A DNA stretch of 64,000 nucleotides. Source: an uncultured Mycoplasmatota bacterium (lineage in GTDB: Bacteria > Bacillota_I > Bacilli_A > RF39 > UBA660). The DNA is taken from assembly GCA_947643405.1 (NCBI GenBank), contig CANRVY010000005.1:103-64102 (forward strand). Direction: 5' to 3'. The translations under genes and the position numbers were made by a program. The notes beneath the pieces are model-generated. The model worked only from the letters and a program-made list of their open reading frames with translations. It made no database searches and was not told the DNA's origin. This document shows positions 28,344-38,667 of the stretch, in pieces (position 1 is the stretch's first letter; each line of letters starts with the position of its first letter).

Positions 28344-29678
28344 ATGAAAAAGTTTCTATTAATCGCTCTTGGAAAATGTATTATTTGGTTTGGAAAAATT
28401 TTAAATCACGGAAGTTCCTTGCCTGGAGAAATCATTTTAAAACTAGATTCCAAGTTTATGGGAAAAATAAAACTTCCTAAAACAGTGATTGCTGTTACAG
28501 GAAGTTCTGGAAAAGGTTCCGTTTCTAGTATGATAAGAGATCTTTATAAAGATTGTGGCTATAGTGTGGCCCATAATGTAAAGGGCTCTAATTTGAGCGC
28601 TGGTATTATGACACTACTTTTAGAAAATACGACTCTTTTTGGAGTTATGAAAAAAGATGTTCTCGTTTTTGAAATTGATGAACGTTATACAAAGTATGTT
28701 TTTCCTGAGTTAAATCCTAACTATGTTGTCATTACCAATTTGACAAGAGACCAACCACCTAGACAAGGCCATTTTGATTTGGTATTTGAAGAAATAAAAA
28801 AAGCGATTACAAATGATATGCATTTGATTTTAAATGGTGATGATCCCTATTTACAAAAATTTTCGTTTGATCATAAAGGACCCATTACTTATTATGGAAT
28901 TTCTAAAATTAAATCGTCTTACACTAAAAATAAGTTTCAAAATTTAAATCTCAATTATTGTCCAATGTGCAATAAAAAGTTAGAATATGAATATTATCAA
29001 TTTGAAAATTTAGGAAATTATCACTGTTCAAAGTGTAATTTCAAAAGACCTAAAATTGATTTTGAAGTAACAAAATTAGATTTTGAGAAAAAAGAAATGT
29101 TAATTAATAACCTTTACTCTATCCATATACCTTCTGGAATTCTGTATGCTGTTTATAATATTTTAGCAGCGTTTTCTACAACTATCACCCTTGGATTAGA
29201 TACAGAAGTTGTTTCAAAAATCATTAGTGAATTAAATCAAAATAAGAAATTATATGATGAATATTCTTACCATAATAGAGCTGTTTATGTTTTAAATAAC
29301 AAAAATGAAAATAGCACAACTTTTAATAGTTCACTTCTATTTTTGGATCGTTTTAAGGAGAAAAAAACAATCGTCATCGGTTGGAAAGAAATTAGTAGAA
29401 GATATAATTTTGATGATTTATCTTGGTTATATGATATCGATTTTGAACTATTAAAAAAACATGATATTGATAAAATTGTCTGTGTTGGTATCCATCGTTA
29501 TGACATTGCGACGAGATTAAAATATGCTGGTATTTATGAAAAAGATATTATGGTATTTGATAGTTTAGAAGAAGCCACTTCAGAAATTAAAAAGAAAACA
29601 TCTGGAAATATTTATGCAATTTTAAATTTTGATTATGTGGAACCTTTTAATCATTATATGAAGGAGGACTTATCATGA
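28344..29678 (+). CDS. murT: Lipid II isoglutaminyl synthase subunit MurT (Mur ligase family with Cys4 ribbon and DUF1727-like C-terminus)
   Basis: Mur-ligase P-loop TGSSGKGS. CPMC...CSKC zinc ribbon. Immediately followed by the gatD homologue with a 4-bp overlap. Start chosen at MKKFLL with an AAAGAGGTG RBS (the ORF-track start at 28263 is likely upstream read-in). Confidence 0.8.
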   Translation: MKKFLLIALGKCIIWFGKILNHGSSLPGEIILKLDSKFMGKIKLPKTVIAVTGSSGKGSVSSMIRDLYKDCGYSVAHNVKGSNLSAGIMTLLLENTTLFGVMKKDVLVFEIDERYTKYVFPELNPNYVVITNLTRDQPPRQGHFDLVFEEIKKAITNDMHLILNGDDPYLQKFSFDHKGPITYYGISKIKSSYTKNKFQNLNLNYCPMCNKKLEYEYYQFENLGNYHCSKCNFKRPKIDFEVTKLDFEKKEMLINNLYSIHIPSGILYAVYNILAAFSTTITLGLDTEVVSKIISELNQNKKLYDEYSYHNRAVYVLNNKNENSTTFNSSLLFLDRFKEKKTIVIGWKEISRRYNFDDLSWLYDIDFELLKKHDIDKIVCVGIHRYDIATRLKYAGIYEKDIMVFDSLEEATSEIKKKTSGNIYAILNFDYVEPFNHYMKEDLS

Positions 29679-30406
29679 ATATTACAATTGCACATCTTTA
29701 TTATGATTTATTAAACTTATATGGAGAAAGTGGTAATGTGAAAGCTTTAAAATATGGTTTAGAAAGTCAAGGCATTCATGTTACAATCAAGTTTGCAACA
29801 ATTGGGGATGCATTAGACTTTGATTCTTATGATTTTATCTATATGGGCGCTGGAACAGAAGCCAATCAAAAATTAGCACTTCGCCACCTGATAAAATATA
29901 AGGATGATGTAAAAAAAGCAATTGAAATTGGTAAATTCTTTTTAATTACTGGAAATTCTTTAGAACTATTTGGAAAATGTATTATAGATAAGCACGAAAA
30001 GAGAACCAAAACATTACATGCTTTTGATTTTTATACAAAAGAGGAAAATTTTAGAATGGTTGATGAAGCACTTGTAAAAGCTGATTTTATGAAACCTTAT
30101 ATATTGGGTTTTCAAAATCAAGGAAGTGTTATTAAAAGTAATGAAAATATAATGTTTGAAGTCATAAAAGGAATTGGAAGTTTTCCAAATAGTAAAATAG
30201 AAGGAGTTCATAAAAATCATTTCTATGGAACTTATTTAATTGGTCCTATTCTAGTTCGAAATCCAGAGCTTTTAAAATATATGGTAAAAGAATTAATTTT
30301 AAGTAAAAATCCAGAGTTTAAATTTAAACGATTTAATCTAACTTTAGAAAATAAAGCTTATCATGAATTTATGAAAAATTACTATAAAGAATATATAGAA
30401 GTTTGA
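29675..30406 (+). CDS. gatD: Lipid II isoglutaminyl synthase glutaminase subunit GatD (CobQ-type glutamine amidotransferase)
   Basis: N-terminus MNITIAHLYYDLLNLYGESGNVKALKY is typical of GatD. Roughly 240 aa. Coupled to murT. Confidence 0.8.
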   Translation: MNITIAHLYYDLLNLYGESGNVKALKYGLESQGIHVTIKFATIGDALDFDSYDFIYMGAGTEANQKLALRHLIKYKDDVKKAIEIGKFFLITGNSLELFGKCIIDKHEKRTKTLHAFDFYTKEENFRMVDEALVKADFMKPYILGFQNQGSVIKSNENIMFEVIKGIGSFPNSKIEGVHKNHFYGTYLIGPILVRNPELLKYMVKELILSKNPEFKFKRFNLTLENKAYHEFMKNYYKEYIEV

Positions 30407-30437
30407 CAAAACAAAATTACTATAGTAGAATGTATAT

Positions 30438-30556
30438 AGATGAGGTTTTCCTCATAAAATAAAAAAAGAGATACACTCTGATATTGCGTGTTAGGTGTTA
30501 TCTCTATTCATTGAGTATCGAAAACACCTCTCATTGCTGATTGGTGTTTTCATTTT
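30438..30556 (+). ncRNA. Candidate small RNA (tandem copy 1)
   Basis: Promoter TTGACA at 30403-30408 and TAGAAT at 30426-30431. Hairpin AUGAGG-UUUU-CCUCAU. Terminator AAAACACC...GGUGUUUU plus U-tract. Confidence 0.4.
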
Positions 30557-30558
30557 AA

Positions 30559-30627
30559 TTAGTCCTTTTTCTTAAGAACTAGAACAGTATAAAATACTAT
30601 AGTTATAAATATAACTATTAATTCCAT
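30559..30627 (-). CDS. Small hydrophobic peptide MELIVIFITIVFYTVLVLKKKD (22 aa), type I toxin-like, tandem copy 1
   Basis: ATG with AAAGGA 9 nt upstream. An overlapping upstream ORF starts at the GAGGTGA RBS. TM segment plus KKKD tail. Conserved paralogues. Confidence 0.4.
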   Translation of the reverse strand: MELIVIFITIVFYTVLVLKKKD

Positions 30628-30824
30628 TGGAATTTGTCCTTTCTATAATCGTTTCAATCATAGAAATCACCTCTTCTCTATCATCTAGTGATGAAAGAAT
30701 AGAGTCTAAAAACACCTAACTATCAGAATTGTATCCATATATATCTATTATACAAGAGTATAATTATCATCGATATTTTTTTAGCTCATTTGACAAAACA
30801 AAATTACTATAGTAGAATGTATAT

Positions 30825-30943
30825 AGATGAGGTTTTCCTCATAAAATAAAAAAAGAGATACACTCTGATATTGCGTGTTAGGTGTTATCTCTATTCATTG
30901 AGTATCGAAAACACCTCTCATTGCTGATTGGTGTTTTCATTTT
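30825..30943 (+). ncRNA. Candidate small RNA (tandem copy 2)
   Basis: Promoter TTGACA at 30790-30795. Identical to copy 1. Confidence 0.4.
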
Positions 30944-30945
30944 AA

Positions 30946-31014
30946 TTAGTCCTTTTTCTTAAGAACTAGAACAGTATAAAATACTATAGTTATAAATATA
31001 ACTATTAATTCCAT
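30946..31014 (-). CDS. Small hydrophobic peptide MELIVIFITIVFYTVLVLKKKD (22 aa), tandem copy 2
   Basis: Identical to 30559..30627. Confidence 0.4.
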   Translation of the reverse strand: MELIVIFITIVFYTVLVLKKKD

Positions 31015-31182
31015 TGGAATTTGTCCTTTCTATAATCGTTTCAATCATAGAAATCACCTCTTCTCTATCATCTAGTGATGAAAGAATAGAGTTTAAAAAC
31101 ACCTAACTATCAGAATTGTATCCATATATATTATATATCATATATATCTATTATACAAGAGTGCTACTGAAAATTATTGAAT

Positions 31183-31210
31183 ATAAAAAGAATATGAAAG
31201 CCATATTCTT
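31183..31210 (-). terminator. Intrinsic terminator after pheT (possibly bidirectional)
   Basis: AAGAAUAUG-AAAGC-CAUAUUCUU hairpin with flanking T/A runs. Confidence 0.55.
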
Positions 31211-31217
31211 TTTTCAT

Positions 31218-33602
31218 TTATTTATTTCTAAGCTCTGCATGTAATCCTGTTGTAACAGCTTCAATAATACGCTCAAATACAACCGTTACTTCTTGCTCAT
31301 TGAGTGTCCTATTTGAGTCACTAAATGTTAATGCATACGCAATCGATTTTTCATCTTCCCCTACATTTTCTCCTTCATAAACATCAAATACATCAATATT
31401 TGTTAACATTCTACTTCCTGTTTTTTTAATAATTTCTTCTATTTCTTTTGAAGATACCTCTTTCTTTACAATAAAAGCTACATCTTTTTTGACACTTGGA
31501 AATTTTGGAATTTCTTTAAACTTAATTGGTTTTACTTTTAATTCCAATACTTTCTCTAAATTAATTTCAAATACATAGACATCTTTTTTTGAAATATTAG
31601 GATGTACTCTTCCAATAAATCCTACTACTTCTCTATCAATTAATATTCTTGCACTCATTCCAGGATGTAATTCTTTTCCTAAATTCTCAGTATCAAATTG
31701 ATAGCGATTGGTAAGACCTAAAAAGCAAAGTAAATTCTCTACGATTCCTTTTATTAAGTAAAAATCAATATTGATTTTATTTCCTTGCCAAGTATTTTCT
31801 TCATAAACACCACTCATAAGTCCTGACAGTGTAAAATCTTCTTTATAGGTTTCATTTTCCTTATAATAGATAGCTCCCGTTTCAAAAATGGAAACATCTT
31901 TTCTGTTACGAGCTACATTATAATCATAAACATGTAATAAAGATGGTATGAATGATTTTCTCATAATTTTTCTATCCTCACTCATTGGAGAATTTAAAAT
32001 TACAGAATCTTTCTTCTTCGAAACAAATAACTCAGCTTCTTCTTCACTTAGCAAAGAGTAGGTAATTACTTGATTTAGACCTAGTGCGTTTAAATGTCTA
32101 CGAATTGTTCTTTCTAATTTTGCTTTTTTAGAATAAGTTCCTTTTCTAATTCTATCCATTGGTAGTGTCCCAACAACTTTGTTATACCCATAAATTTTGC
32201 CAATTTCTGCAATCAAATCTTCTTTAATATTAACATCTAATCTTCTAGTTGGTACAAAGACTTCAAATATGTTATATTTAATTTTATACTCAAATCCCAA
32301 GCGTGGTAAAATCTCACATACATCTTCTTTGGTTATTGGCATTCCTAAAACACTCTCAATGCTTTCTAACGAAACTTCTATTTTCTTATCTTCCTTATTT
32401 GTTGTATCATGTGTCAATACCCCAGAACATACTTCTCCTTCTGCATAAAGTTCTAAAAGCTCACATGCTCTATTTAACGCCAAAACAGTTCTATAAGGGT
32501 CTACTCCTTTTTCATAACGATTGCTTGCTTCACTTCTGATAATTGCTTTTGAAGTATAACGAATATGAGTCGGTTCAAAAATAGCTGCTTCTATAAAAAT
32601 ATCTTTCGTATCTAATTCTATTTCTGTTTCTAAGCCTCCCATTACTCCTGCTAATGCTACTGGTCCTGTTGGATTTGCGATTACAATATCTGTATCTTTT
32701 AAAGCTCTTTCTTTATTATCCAATGTGATTAATGTTTCTTCATCGGTTGCCATTCTTACAATTACTTCATCTCCTAAACGGTTCTTATCGAAAAAATGAA
32801 GCGGTTGTCCATATTCAAGCATAACATAATTGCTGATATCAACAACATTATTAATGGGTCTAATACCACTTGCCATCAAACGATTTTTGATAAATTTTGG
32901 ACTCTCTTTAATGATAACATTTTTTACTAATTTTCCTAAGTAAATTGAGCAATTCTCTGTTTGTACCTGTAATCTCATTTGGTCATTGATGTTTTCTTTC
33001 GTCTCATGAAGCTTAATTTCTGGTAATACTACTTTTCTATTATAAATAGCACCAACTTCATAAGCCATTCCTATCACACTTAATAAGTCTGCTCTATCTG
33101 CGGTTAATTCAAAATCAATTACTTCATCATCTAATCCCAAATAATGCAGTGCATCTTCTCCTACTTTTGCATCTTCCCCTAAAATATGAATTCCTGCGTG
33201 GTCTTCTTCTTTTAAATATTTTGATTCCAAGCCTAATTCTGCCAAAGAGCAAATCATTCCATTCGATTCCATTCCTGCTAATTTTGCCTTTTTGATAACT
33301 CCACCAGGAAGCTCAGCACCCACTGTTGCTACAATTACTTTTTCTCCCGCTTTTACATTTGGAGCTCCACATAAAATCTGAACAGTTTCACTCCCTATAT
33401 TCACATTACAAATGTGCAAATGGTCTGATTCTGGATGGTTTTCACATGTTTCTACATATCCAACAACCAGTCCTGTCGCATTACATAACTTTCCAATACT
33501 TTCATATTCATTTCCTGCAAATACCATTTTTTCTGCTAATTCAGAATAAGGAATACCAGATAAATCAATATAATCACTTAAAAAGGATTTACTTAAACGC
33601 AT
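31218..33602 (-). CDS. pheT: Phenylalanine--tRNA ligase beta subunit
   Basis: 794 aa. N-terminal tRNA-binding domain, B3/B4 and B5 domains, C-terminal FDX-like domain. Directly downstream of pheS. Confidence 0.9.
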   Translation of the reverse strand: MRLSKSFLSDYIDLSGIPYSELAEKMVFAGNEYESIGKLCNATGLVVGYVETCENHPESDHLHICNVNIGSETVQILCGAPNVKAGEKVIVATVGAELPGGVIKKAKLAGMESNGMICSLAELGLESKYLKEEDHAGIHILGEDAKVGEDALHYLGLDDEVIDFELTADRADLLSVIGMAYEVGAIYNRKVVLPEIKLHETKENINDQMRLQVQTENCSIYLGKLVKNVIIKESPKFIKNRLMASGIRPINNVVDISNYVMLEYGQPLHFFDKNRLGDEVIVRMATDEETLITLDNKERALKDTDIVIANPTGPVALAGVMGGLETEIELDTKDIFIEAAIFEPTHIRYTSKAIIRSEASNRYEKGVDPYRTVLALNRACELLELYAEGEVCSGVLTHDTTNKEDKKIEVSLESIESVLGMPITKEDVCEILPRLGFEYKIKYNIFEVFVPTRRLDVNIKEDLIAEIGKIYGYNKVVGTLPMDRIRKGTYSKKAKLERTIRRHLNALGLNQVITYSLLSEEEAELFVSKKKDSVILNSPMSEDRKIMRKSFIPSLLHVYDYNVARNRKDVSIFETGAIYYKENETYKEDFTLSGLMSGVYEENTWQGNKINIDFYLIKGIVENLLCFLGLTNRYQFDTENLGKELHPGMSARILIDREVVGFIGRVHPNISKKDVYVFEINLEKVLELKVKPIKFKEIPKFPSVKKDVAFIVKKEVSSKEIEEIIKKTGSRMLTNIDVFDVYEGENVGEDEKSIAYALTFSDSNRTLNEQEVTVVFERIIEAVTTGLHAELRNK

Positions 33603-34651
33603 TATTCTTCACTTCCTTCCACACGATTAAAGTCTTCTAAAAATCTTAAATCATTAATATAAAAATTACGAATATCATGAATTCCATATTTTAACATGGC
33701 AATTCTTTCTGGACCCATACCAAATGCAAATCCAGTATACTTTTCTGGGTCATATCCACAACCTCTTAATACATTTGGATGCACCATGCCAGAACCTAAT
33801 ATTTCAATCCAACCAGTTCCCTTACAGATAGAACAACCACTTCCACCACATTTAAAACAGCTAACATCTACTTCTAAACTTGGCTCTGTAAAAGGGAAAA
33901 AACTTGGACGAAAACGCACTTCTCTATCTTCACCAAATAATTTTTTTGCTACTTCTTCTAATGTTCCTTTTAAATGAGAAAGACTGATATTTTCTCCTAC
34001 AACAAGTCCTTCTATTTGCGTAAATTGATGAGAATGAGTTGCATCATCATCATCTCTTCTATATACTTTTCCAGGACAGATTACTCTAATTGGAGTTTTC
34101 TCTAAATTCGCATCCATAGTTCTAGCTTGAACTGGAGAAGTCTGAGTCCGAAGTAACATTTCTTCTGTAATATAAAAACTATCTTGGGCATCTCTTGCTG
34201 GGTGTCCTTTTGGTAAATTCAATTTTTCAAAATTATATAAATCTTCTTCTATTTCAGGTCCCTCTACCACATCATAACCCATCGATACAAATAAATCTTC
34301 TATTTCTTCGATTACTTTGGTAATTGGATGAATACTTCCTACATGTATTTTAGAACTTGGAAGTGTAATATCAATTTTTTCACGTTCTAATTTTTCATTT
34401 AATTCTTTTTCTTCTAATGCTTCACGCGCAGTATCAAATAATGTTCCAACTTCTGCTTTTAGTTCATTTAATACTCGACCAAATTCTTTTTTTTCATCTA
34501 CTGGCAATTCTTTCATCATAGAACTAAGTTCGTTAATTGGTCCCTTTTTTCCTAAATATTCTACTTTTAAATCATTTAATTCTTTTAAAGAAATCACTTT
34601 TTCTATTTTTTCTTTGATTTCTTTTTTTAAATTTTCTACTCTTTCTTTCAT
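33602..34651 (-). CDS. pheS: Phenylalanine--tRNA ligase alpha subunit
   Basis: Class II motifs ([37 protein letters not shown]). 349 aa. Confidence 0.9.
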   Translation of the reverse strand: MKERVENLKKEIKEKIEKVISLKELNDLKVEYLGKKGPINELSSMMKELPVDEKKEFGRVLNELKAEVGTLFDTAREALEEKELNEKLEREKIDITLPSSKIHVGSIHPITKVIEEIEDLFVSMGYDVVEGPEIEEDLYNFEKLNLPKGHPARDAQDSFYITEEMLLRTQTSPVQARTMDANLEKTPIRVICPGKVYRRDDDDATHSHQFTQIEGLVVGENISLSHLKGTLEEVAKKLFGEDREVRFRPSFFPFTEPSLEVDVSCFKCGGSGCSICKGTGWIEILGSGMVHPNVLRGCGYDPEKYTGFAFGMGPERIAMLKYGIHDIRNFYINDLRFLEDFNRVEGSEE

Positions 34652-34654
34652 TTT

Positions 34655-34885
34655 ATCCCTCCTAATAAAAAAATCACATCCAATAAGGACGTGATTTGAC
34701 GTGGTACCACCTTAATTTGTAGAACATTCTACCTTGAAACTGTAACGCGTTACCGTTATATGTTTTGCATATAAAACTCCAAGACGAATTCATAAATTGA
34801 TATCATCTATTTCCACCTACCATAGACTCTCTATTCATATCATCATTTATTACTACTTCTCTTCTTCGTTTTTCATAAACAAATT
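34655..34885 (-). promoter_or_regulatory. T-box riboswitch leader of pheST with TTGTAA-17-TACAAT promoter (34887-34915)
   Basis: Minus strand contains the AGAGAG box and the T-box sequence AAUUAAGGUGGUACCACG (UGGU bulge, N=U matching the tRNA-Phe discriminator A). Terminator AAAUCACGUCC...GGAUGUGAUUU plus U7 immediately before the RBS. Confidence 0.75.
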
Positions 34886-34945
34886 TATTGTAGCATATTT
34901 TTTTTGCGCTTACAAGGAAAAATTCATCATACAAATACTAATTTC

Positions 34946-35725
34946 TTATAAAGTTTTTATAGGCTCATCAATTCTATAACTTTTTCCTGTATCACAAATC
35001 TTTTTTATAGAAGAATTTCTAACTAAATAAGCATTCCCATAAACCACTATTCTGGTTTCATCAATAAGAATATGGGATACATCTGGTAATGCATAGATAT
35101 CTCTTACTTGTGATTCTTGAAACAAATAATTCCTTTGATACATTTGTAATTCATCAAACTGAGTAGTATCCAATTCAAAATGCGGTTCTACATTCACATC
35201 AGTAAGTTCTAACCCATCAAAATAAATTGGTTCTGATGCTTCTCCTTCTTCTGGAGTGTTAAATACTGACTTTGCCATATTTATTGCTCCTGCACTTTGT
35301 CCCATAATAATCCCATTAAAACTTTTTAATAATCTTTTTAATTCAATCTCTTTAAAAAATTCATTTTGTACATATGTATCTCCACCACTTAAAAATACAA
35401 AATCTGCTTCTTCTATAAGTGCTTCTGCACTCGCTTTTGTTCTATCATCTAAAATATGATAAGCTTTGAAAACAATTCCAGATAATTTTAACGCTTCAAA
35501 TAATAGTGTAGAATACTCATCTACTTTTTCGCTATTTTTACTATCGGCTGATACAAATAATATAGAACGGTTATCCGTTAAATATTCTTTGATTTGGTCT
35601 ACAAGACCATTTGTATTATCAATTGGCTTTGCTTTCTTTGTACCGTTTTCTTTATAGTAGTGGTTTAAATTACTTGTTAAAAATTTTATCATATGTTTTC
35701 CTCCTACTAATTTTAAGTATATCAT
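34946..35725 (-). CDS. Peptidase S51 family (dipeptidase E-like, class I glutamine amidotransferase-like fold)
   Basis: ILFVSADS...FVFLSGGDTY...IIMGQSAGAINM pattern with catalytic Ser in GxSAG. Confidence 0.6.
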   Translation of the reverse strand: MIYLKLVGGKHMIKFLTSNLNHYYKENGTKKAKPIDNTNGLVDQIKEYLTDNRSILFVSADSKNSEKVDEYSTLLFEALKLSGIVFKAYHILDDRTKASAEALIEEADFVFLSGGDTYVQNEFFKEIELKRLLKSFNGIIMGQSAGAINMAKSVFNTPEEGEASEPIYFDGLELTDVNVEPHFELDTTQFDELQMYQRNYLFQESQVRDIYALPDVSHILIDETRIVVYGNAYLVRNSSIKKICDTGKSYRIDEPIKTL

Positions 35726-35747
35726 TTTATTAATATAATATCAATTT

Positions 35748-36512
35748 TTATTTTTCATTTTTTAATCCAATATAAGAACCAATTAGCAAGAAAGAAGCTA
35801 TAATGAGTGTTAATTCTATCAAAAAGAAATCTTGATAAATCAACATTGTAAATATGATACTTGCCATATTCGCACTCACATGAACCATAATAGAAGCTTT
35901 TAAATTGTATTTTTCATAGACAAAAATAAGTATAAAATTAAAAATAAAAGCATATAAAATTCCAAAAATATCAGTATGAGAAAACGCAAATATCACTCCT
36001 GTTAACAATAAGGATTTCATCACTGGATAATATTTTTGAAGTCGATTGTAAACAATTCCTCTAAATAAATATTCCTCTAAAATTGGGCCTAATAAAACAG
36101 TACTTATAATTGTAGAAACCAGATTTATATTTCCCTCAAATGAACTGGTAACTGAAAAAATAGAATTGAAACTACTCAATATTGCATTATAAAGAAGACT
36201 AAATGAAATCCCTAGTATTATCAAAAACAAACAATCAGAAACTGCTAATTTCTTTTTTTCTTTTCTTTTTTCCCGTTGATATTTTTTATAGAGAATTGGA
36301 AAAAATATCAAAAACAAAATAATTACTATAAGAACACCATAATGAGAGAAAAAGCGTGCCAAAGAATTTATATAGTCATCTGTACCTATCCAACTTTCTA
36401 AATTCGGTTGATTACTAGTTAATAGAAAAATAATGGTTGCAATCATGGTCAAGAAAAATTGGCTTACAGCAAATAAGAACGGTAAGCCAATTATATAAAA
36501 TAATTTTTTCAT
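35748..36512 (-). CDS. CPBP family intramembrane glutamic endopeptidase (CAAX protease-like)
   Basis: EEYLFRG, FAFSH and HVSANM motifs (EExxxR / FxxxH / HxxxN). Confidence 0.7.
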   Translation of the reverse strand: MKKLFYIIGLPFLFAVSQFFLTMIATIIFLLTSNQPNLESWIGTDDYINSLARFFSHYGVLIVIILFLIFFPILYKKYQREKRKEKKKLAVSDCLFLIILGISFSLLYNAILSSFNSIFSVTSSFEGNINLVSTIISTVLLGPILEEYLFRGIVYNRLQKYYPVMKSLLLTGVIFAFSHTDIFGILYAFIFNFILIFVYEKYNLKASIMVHVSANMASIIFTMLIYQDFFLIELTLIIASFLLIGSYIGLKNEK

Positions 36513-37399
36513 TATTTTTTTTCTTTTAACATTTCACTAATTGTGGTTCCAATGGTTGCTATATTTTGTAGTTCTGACGGAACAATAATCTTCGTTGCTT
36601 GACCATTTGCAACCGTTTCTAATGCTTCAAAGCTTTTAAGTGTTAAAACAGAAGAGTCAGCTTTTGCTTCCTTTAATAAACGAATTCCTTCTGCCTCTGC
36701 TGTTTTTAATTTGATAATCGCTTCTGCTTCTCCTTCAGCTTTTTTGATTTTTGATTCTTTATCTGCTTCGGCTCTTAAAATGGCACTTTCTTTTTCTCCT
36801 TCAGCAATTAAAATACTAGATTTTTTTTCTCCTTCTGCTTGAAGAATTTTTTCTCTTCTTTCACGTTCTGCTCTCATTTGTTTTTCCATTGCTTCTTGAA
36901 TATCTCTTGGTGGAATGATATTTTTCACTTCAACACGATTTACTTTAATGCCCCATGGGTCTGTTGCTTCATCTAAAATAGAACGCATTTTAGAATTGAT
37001 AATATCTCTAGATGTCAAGGTTTGGTCTAATTCTAGCTCTCCAATAATATTACGTAATGTTGTTGCTGTTAAGTTTTCAATCGCACTAATTGGATTTTCT
37101 ACTCCATAAGTATATAATTTTGCATCTGTAATTTGAAAATATACTACAGTATCTATTTGCATTGTTACATTATCTTTTGTAATAACAGGCTGTGGGTCAA
37201 AATCTTTTACGATTTCTTTTAAAATGACTTGATTGGCTATCCTGTCTAAAAAAGGCAATTTAAAATGCAATCCATTTTTCCATGTTGTATAATAAGAACC
37301 TACTCTTTCAATAACATACGTTTTTGCTTGTGGCACAATTTTCACATTTGGCACAATTAGAACAATAGCAAGTATTAAAATAACAATTAAAAATTCCAT
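36512..37399 (-). CDS. SPFH/Band 7 (stomatin/flotillin-like) family protein
   Basis: N-terminal TM segment and SPFH core (VIERVGSYYTTW... QIDTVVYFQITD). C-terminal Ala/Glu/Lys coiled-coil repeats. Confidence 0.75.
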   Translation of the reverse strand: MEFLIVILILAIVLIVPNVKIVPQAKTYVIERVGSYYTTWKNGLHFKLPFLDRIANQVILKEIVKDFDPQPVITKDNVTMQIDTVVYFQITDAKLYTYGVENPISAIENLTATTLRNIIGELELDQTLTSRDIINSKMRSILDEATDPWGIKVNRVEVKNIIPPRDIQEAMEKQMRAERERREKILQAEGEKKSSILIAEGEKESAILRAEADKESKIKKAEGEAEAIIKLKTAEAEGIRLLKEAKADSSVLTLKSFEALETVANGQATKIIVPSELQNIATIGTTISEMLKEKK

Positions 37400-37401
37400 A
37401 T

Positions 37402-37821
37402 TTACTCCTCAACTTTCTCTACTTTTAATTTCGCTCCATCAATAGAAATGATTTTAACAATACTGTCTTTTTCTATTTTCTTTGTACTAACAGCACTCCA
37501 TTTCTTTCCATCTACTTTGACTTCGCCGACTATATTCTTCGCTATTTTTTCAGTTACAACTCCTTCCATTCCAATAATTCTATCAAAGTTTGTTTTTTCA
37601 TTTTTTGGTTTTACAAATTTTAATAATAATGGTCTTGTTGTAATTAATAGAAAAATTCCTAAAATAACAAAAATTCCAAATTGTAGAATAAAATTATCAA
37701 CAGTAAGTGAAACTAATAAAGCCACTATCCCACTAATCACAAACCAAATTGTTGTTAATCCGACTGTCATACATTCTACAAGTGTTAGTAAAATGACGAC
37801 CCCTAACCATATATAAGACAT
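37402..37821 (-). CDS. NfeD-like membrane protein (stomatin operon partner)
   Basis: Three TM segments plus a C-terminal OB-fold-like beta domain. Coupled with a 3-bp gap to the SPFH gene. Confidence 0.65.
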   Translation of the reverse strand: MSYIWLGVVILLTLVECMTVGLTTIWFVISGIVALLVSLTVDNFILQFGIFVILGIFLLITTRPLLLKFVKPKNEKTNFDRIIGMEGVVTEKIAKNIVGEVKVDGKKWSAVSTKKIEKDSIVKIISIDGAKLKVEKVEE

Positions 37822-37899
37822 TTACATCACCTGAATTTATTATACACTTTTTTAGATAAAATTTCAATGAAGCTATCATAGTATATGAAAAAAAAGAAC

Positions 37900-38346
37900 T
37901 TAATAGTCCTTTACTAACTGTTTCAATTCTTCTATTTTACTAGTTCTACCATACACTTCTATTGAAAGCAACTTGACTCCATAAAAAGAGATTTTTTCTA
38001 CTTCTTTTGTATTCCCCATAGCTTTCATCTCTTTGGCTAATTTTTTTTCAATTTCTTCTAAACCTTTTTGATTTGAAATTCCTAAAAATGAATATTCTGG
38101 ATTTTGATTTGAGAATTTACTTCTATATAATTTAGGAATTTCATAAGTAACTTTGTATAATGTTAAAGAATTCAATAATGAGGCGATATTTTTTGTTGTA
38201 ATAGAAGCATTAGAAACATCAATTTTTACGAATTGAAATTCATTTGCGTTTGTTTCTTCAAAAACTGTTTTTGAACTTTCTTTTTGGGCCATAAAACAGA
38301 TTGAAGCAAATAAGCAAATACTAATTAAAACAAACCACTTTTTCAC
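37900..38346 (-). CDS. Secreted hypothetical protein (signal peptide, 148 aa)
   Basis: N-terminal signal MKKWFVLISICLFASICFMA. Confidence 0.45.
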   Translation of the reverse strand: MKKWFVLISICLFASICFMAQKESSKTVFEETNANEFQFVKIDVSNASITTKNIASLLNSLTLYKVTYEIPKLYRSKFSNQNPEYSFLGISNQKGLEEIEKKLAKEMKAMGNTKEVEKISFYGVKLLSIEVYGRTSKIEELKQLVKDY

Positions 38347-38637
38347 ACTTTCACCTCATTTATAGAATGGCACTTTTTTAAAAAAATAATCTTTTATTTG
38401 ACAAAAAGAATTCTTTATGCTAGAATTAGTCCTAATCGAAAGAGGTTGCGAAACTTATTATTATTTAACAATTACTCAGATTATTGTTGTTAAAGAAAGG
38501 AAGTTTTGCCGAAATAAAACAAGATATCTGAATCTTGCTTTATTGGGACAGCTACATAATATGGGCTGGACTGTCACAAGAGAAACTTGTGGAGTGCTTT
38601 CAAAATTATTATCATAGAAATGATTTTCTATTTTTAA

Positions 38638-38667
38638 TGGTTTTGTGTACTCACAAGACCATTTTTT
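38638..38667 (+). terminator. Intrinsic terminator located inside the leader, about 20 nt upstream of the start codon of the 38686 gene (putative attenuator)
   Basis: UGGUUUUGUG-UACU-CACAAGACCA hairpin (10 bp with one G.U) followed by U6, then the RBS GAAAGGAAG and ATG. Confidence 0.5.

Larger units (their letters stand above)
30403..31166. repeat. Tandem direct repeat, two roughly 387-bp units (30403-30789 and 30790-31166), each carrying an sRNA and a peptide. Paralogous to the dispersed copy at 4749-5130 and the partial copy at 5158-5300.
   Basis: Near-identical sequence between the two units, read directly. Each unit repeats the promoter (TTGACA-17-TAGAAT), sRNA, terminator, small ORF and flanking imperfect inverted repeats containing GTTAGGTGTT. 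Confidence 0.85.

Noticed and set aside
30014-30220. 68-aa minus-strand ORF inside gatD
   Set aside because: Antisense to a well-supported gene. AT-rich frame artefact.
38417-38617. 66-aa plus-strand ORF in the leader upstream of the 38686 gene, and a PyrR-box-like sequence AATCGAAAGAGGTTG
   Set aside because: The ORF has no RBS and sits in a hairpin-rich leader. The PyrR-like match is partial, and the downstream gene is not a pyrimidine gene.
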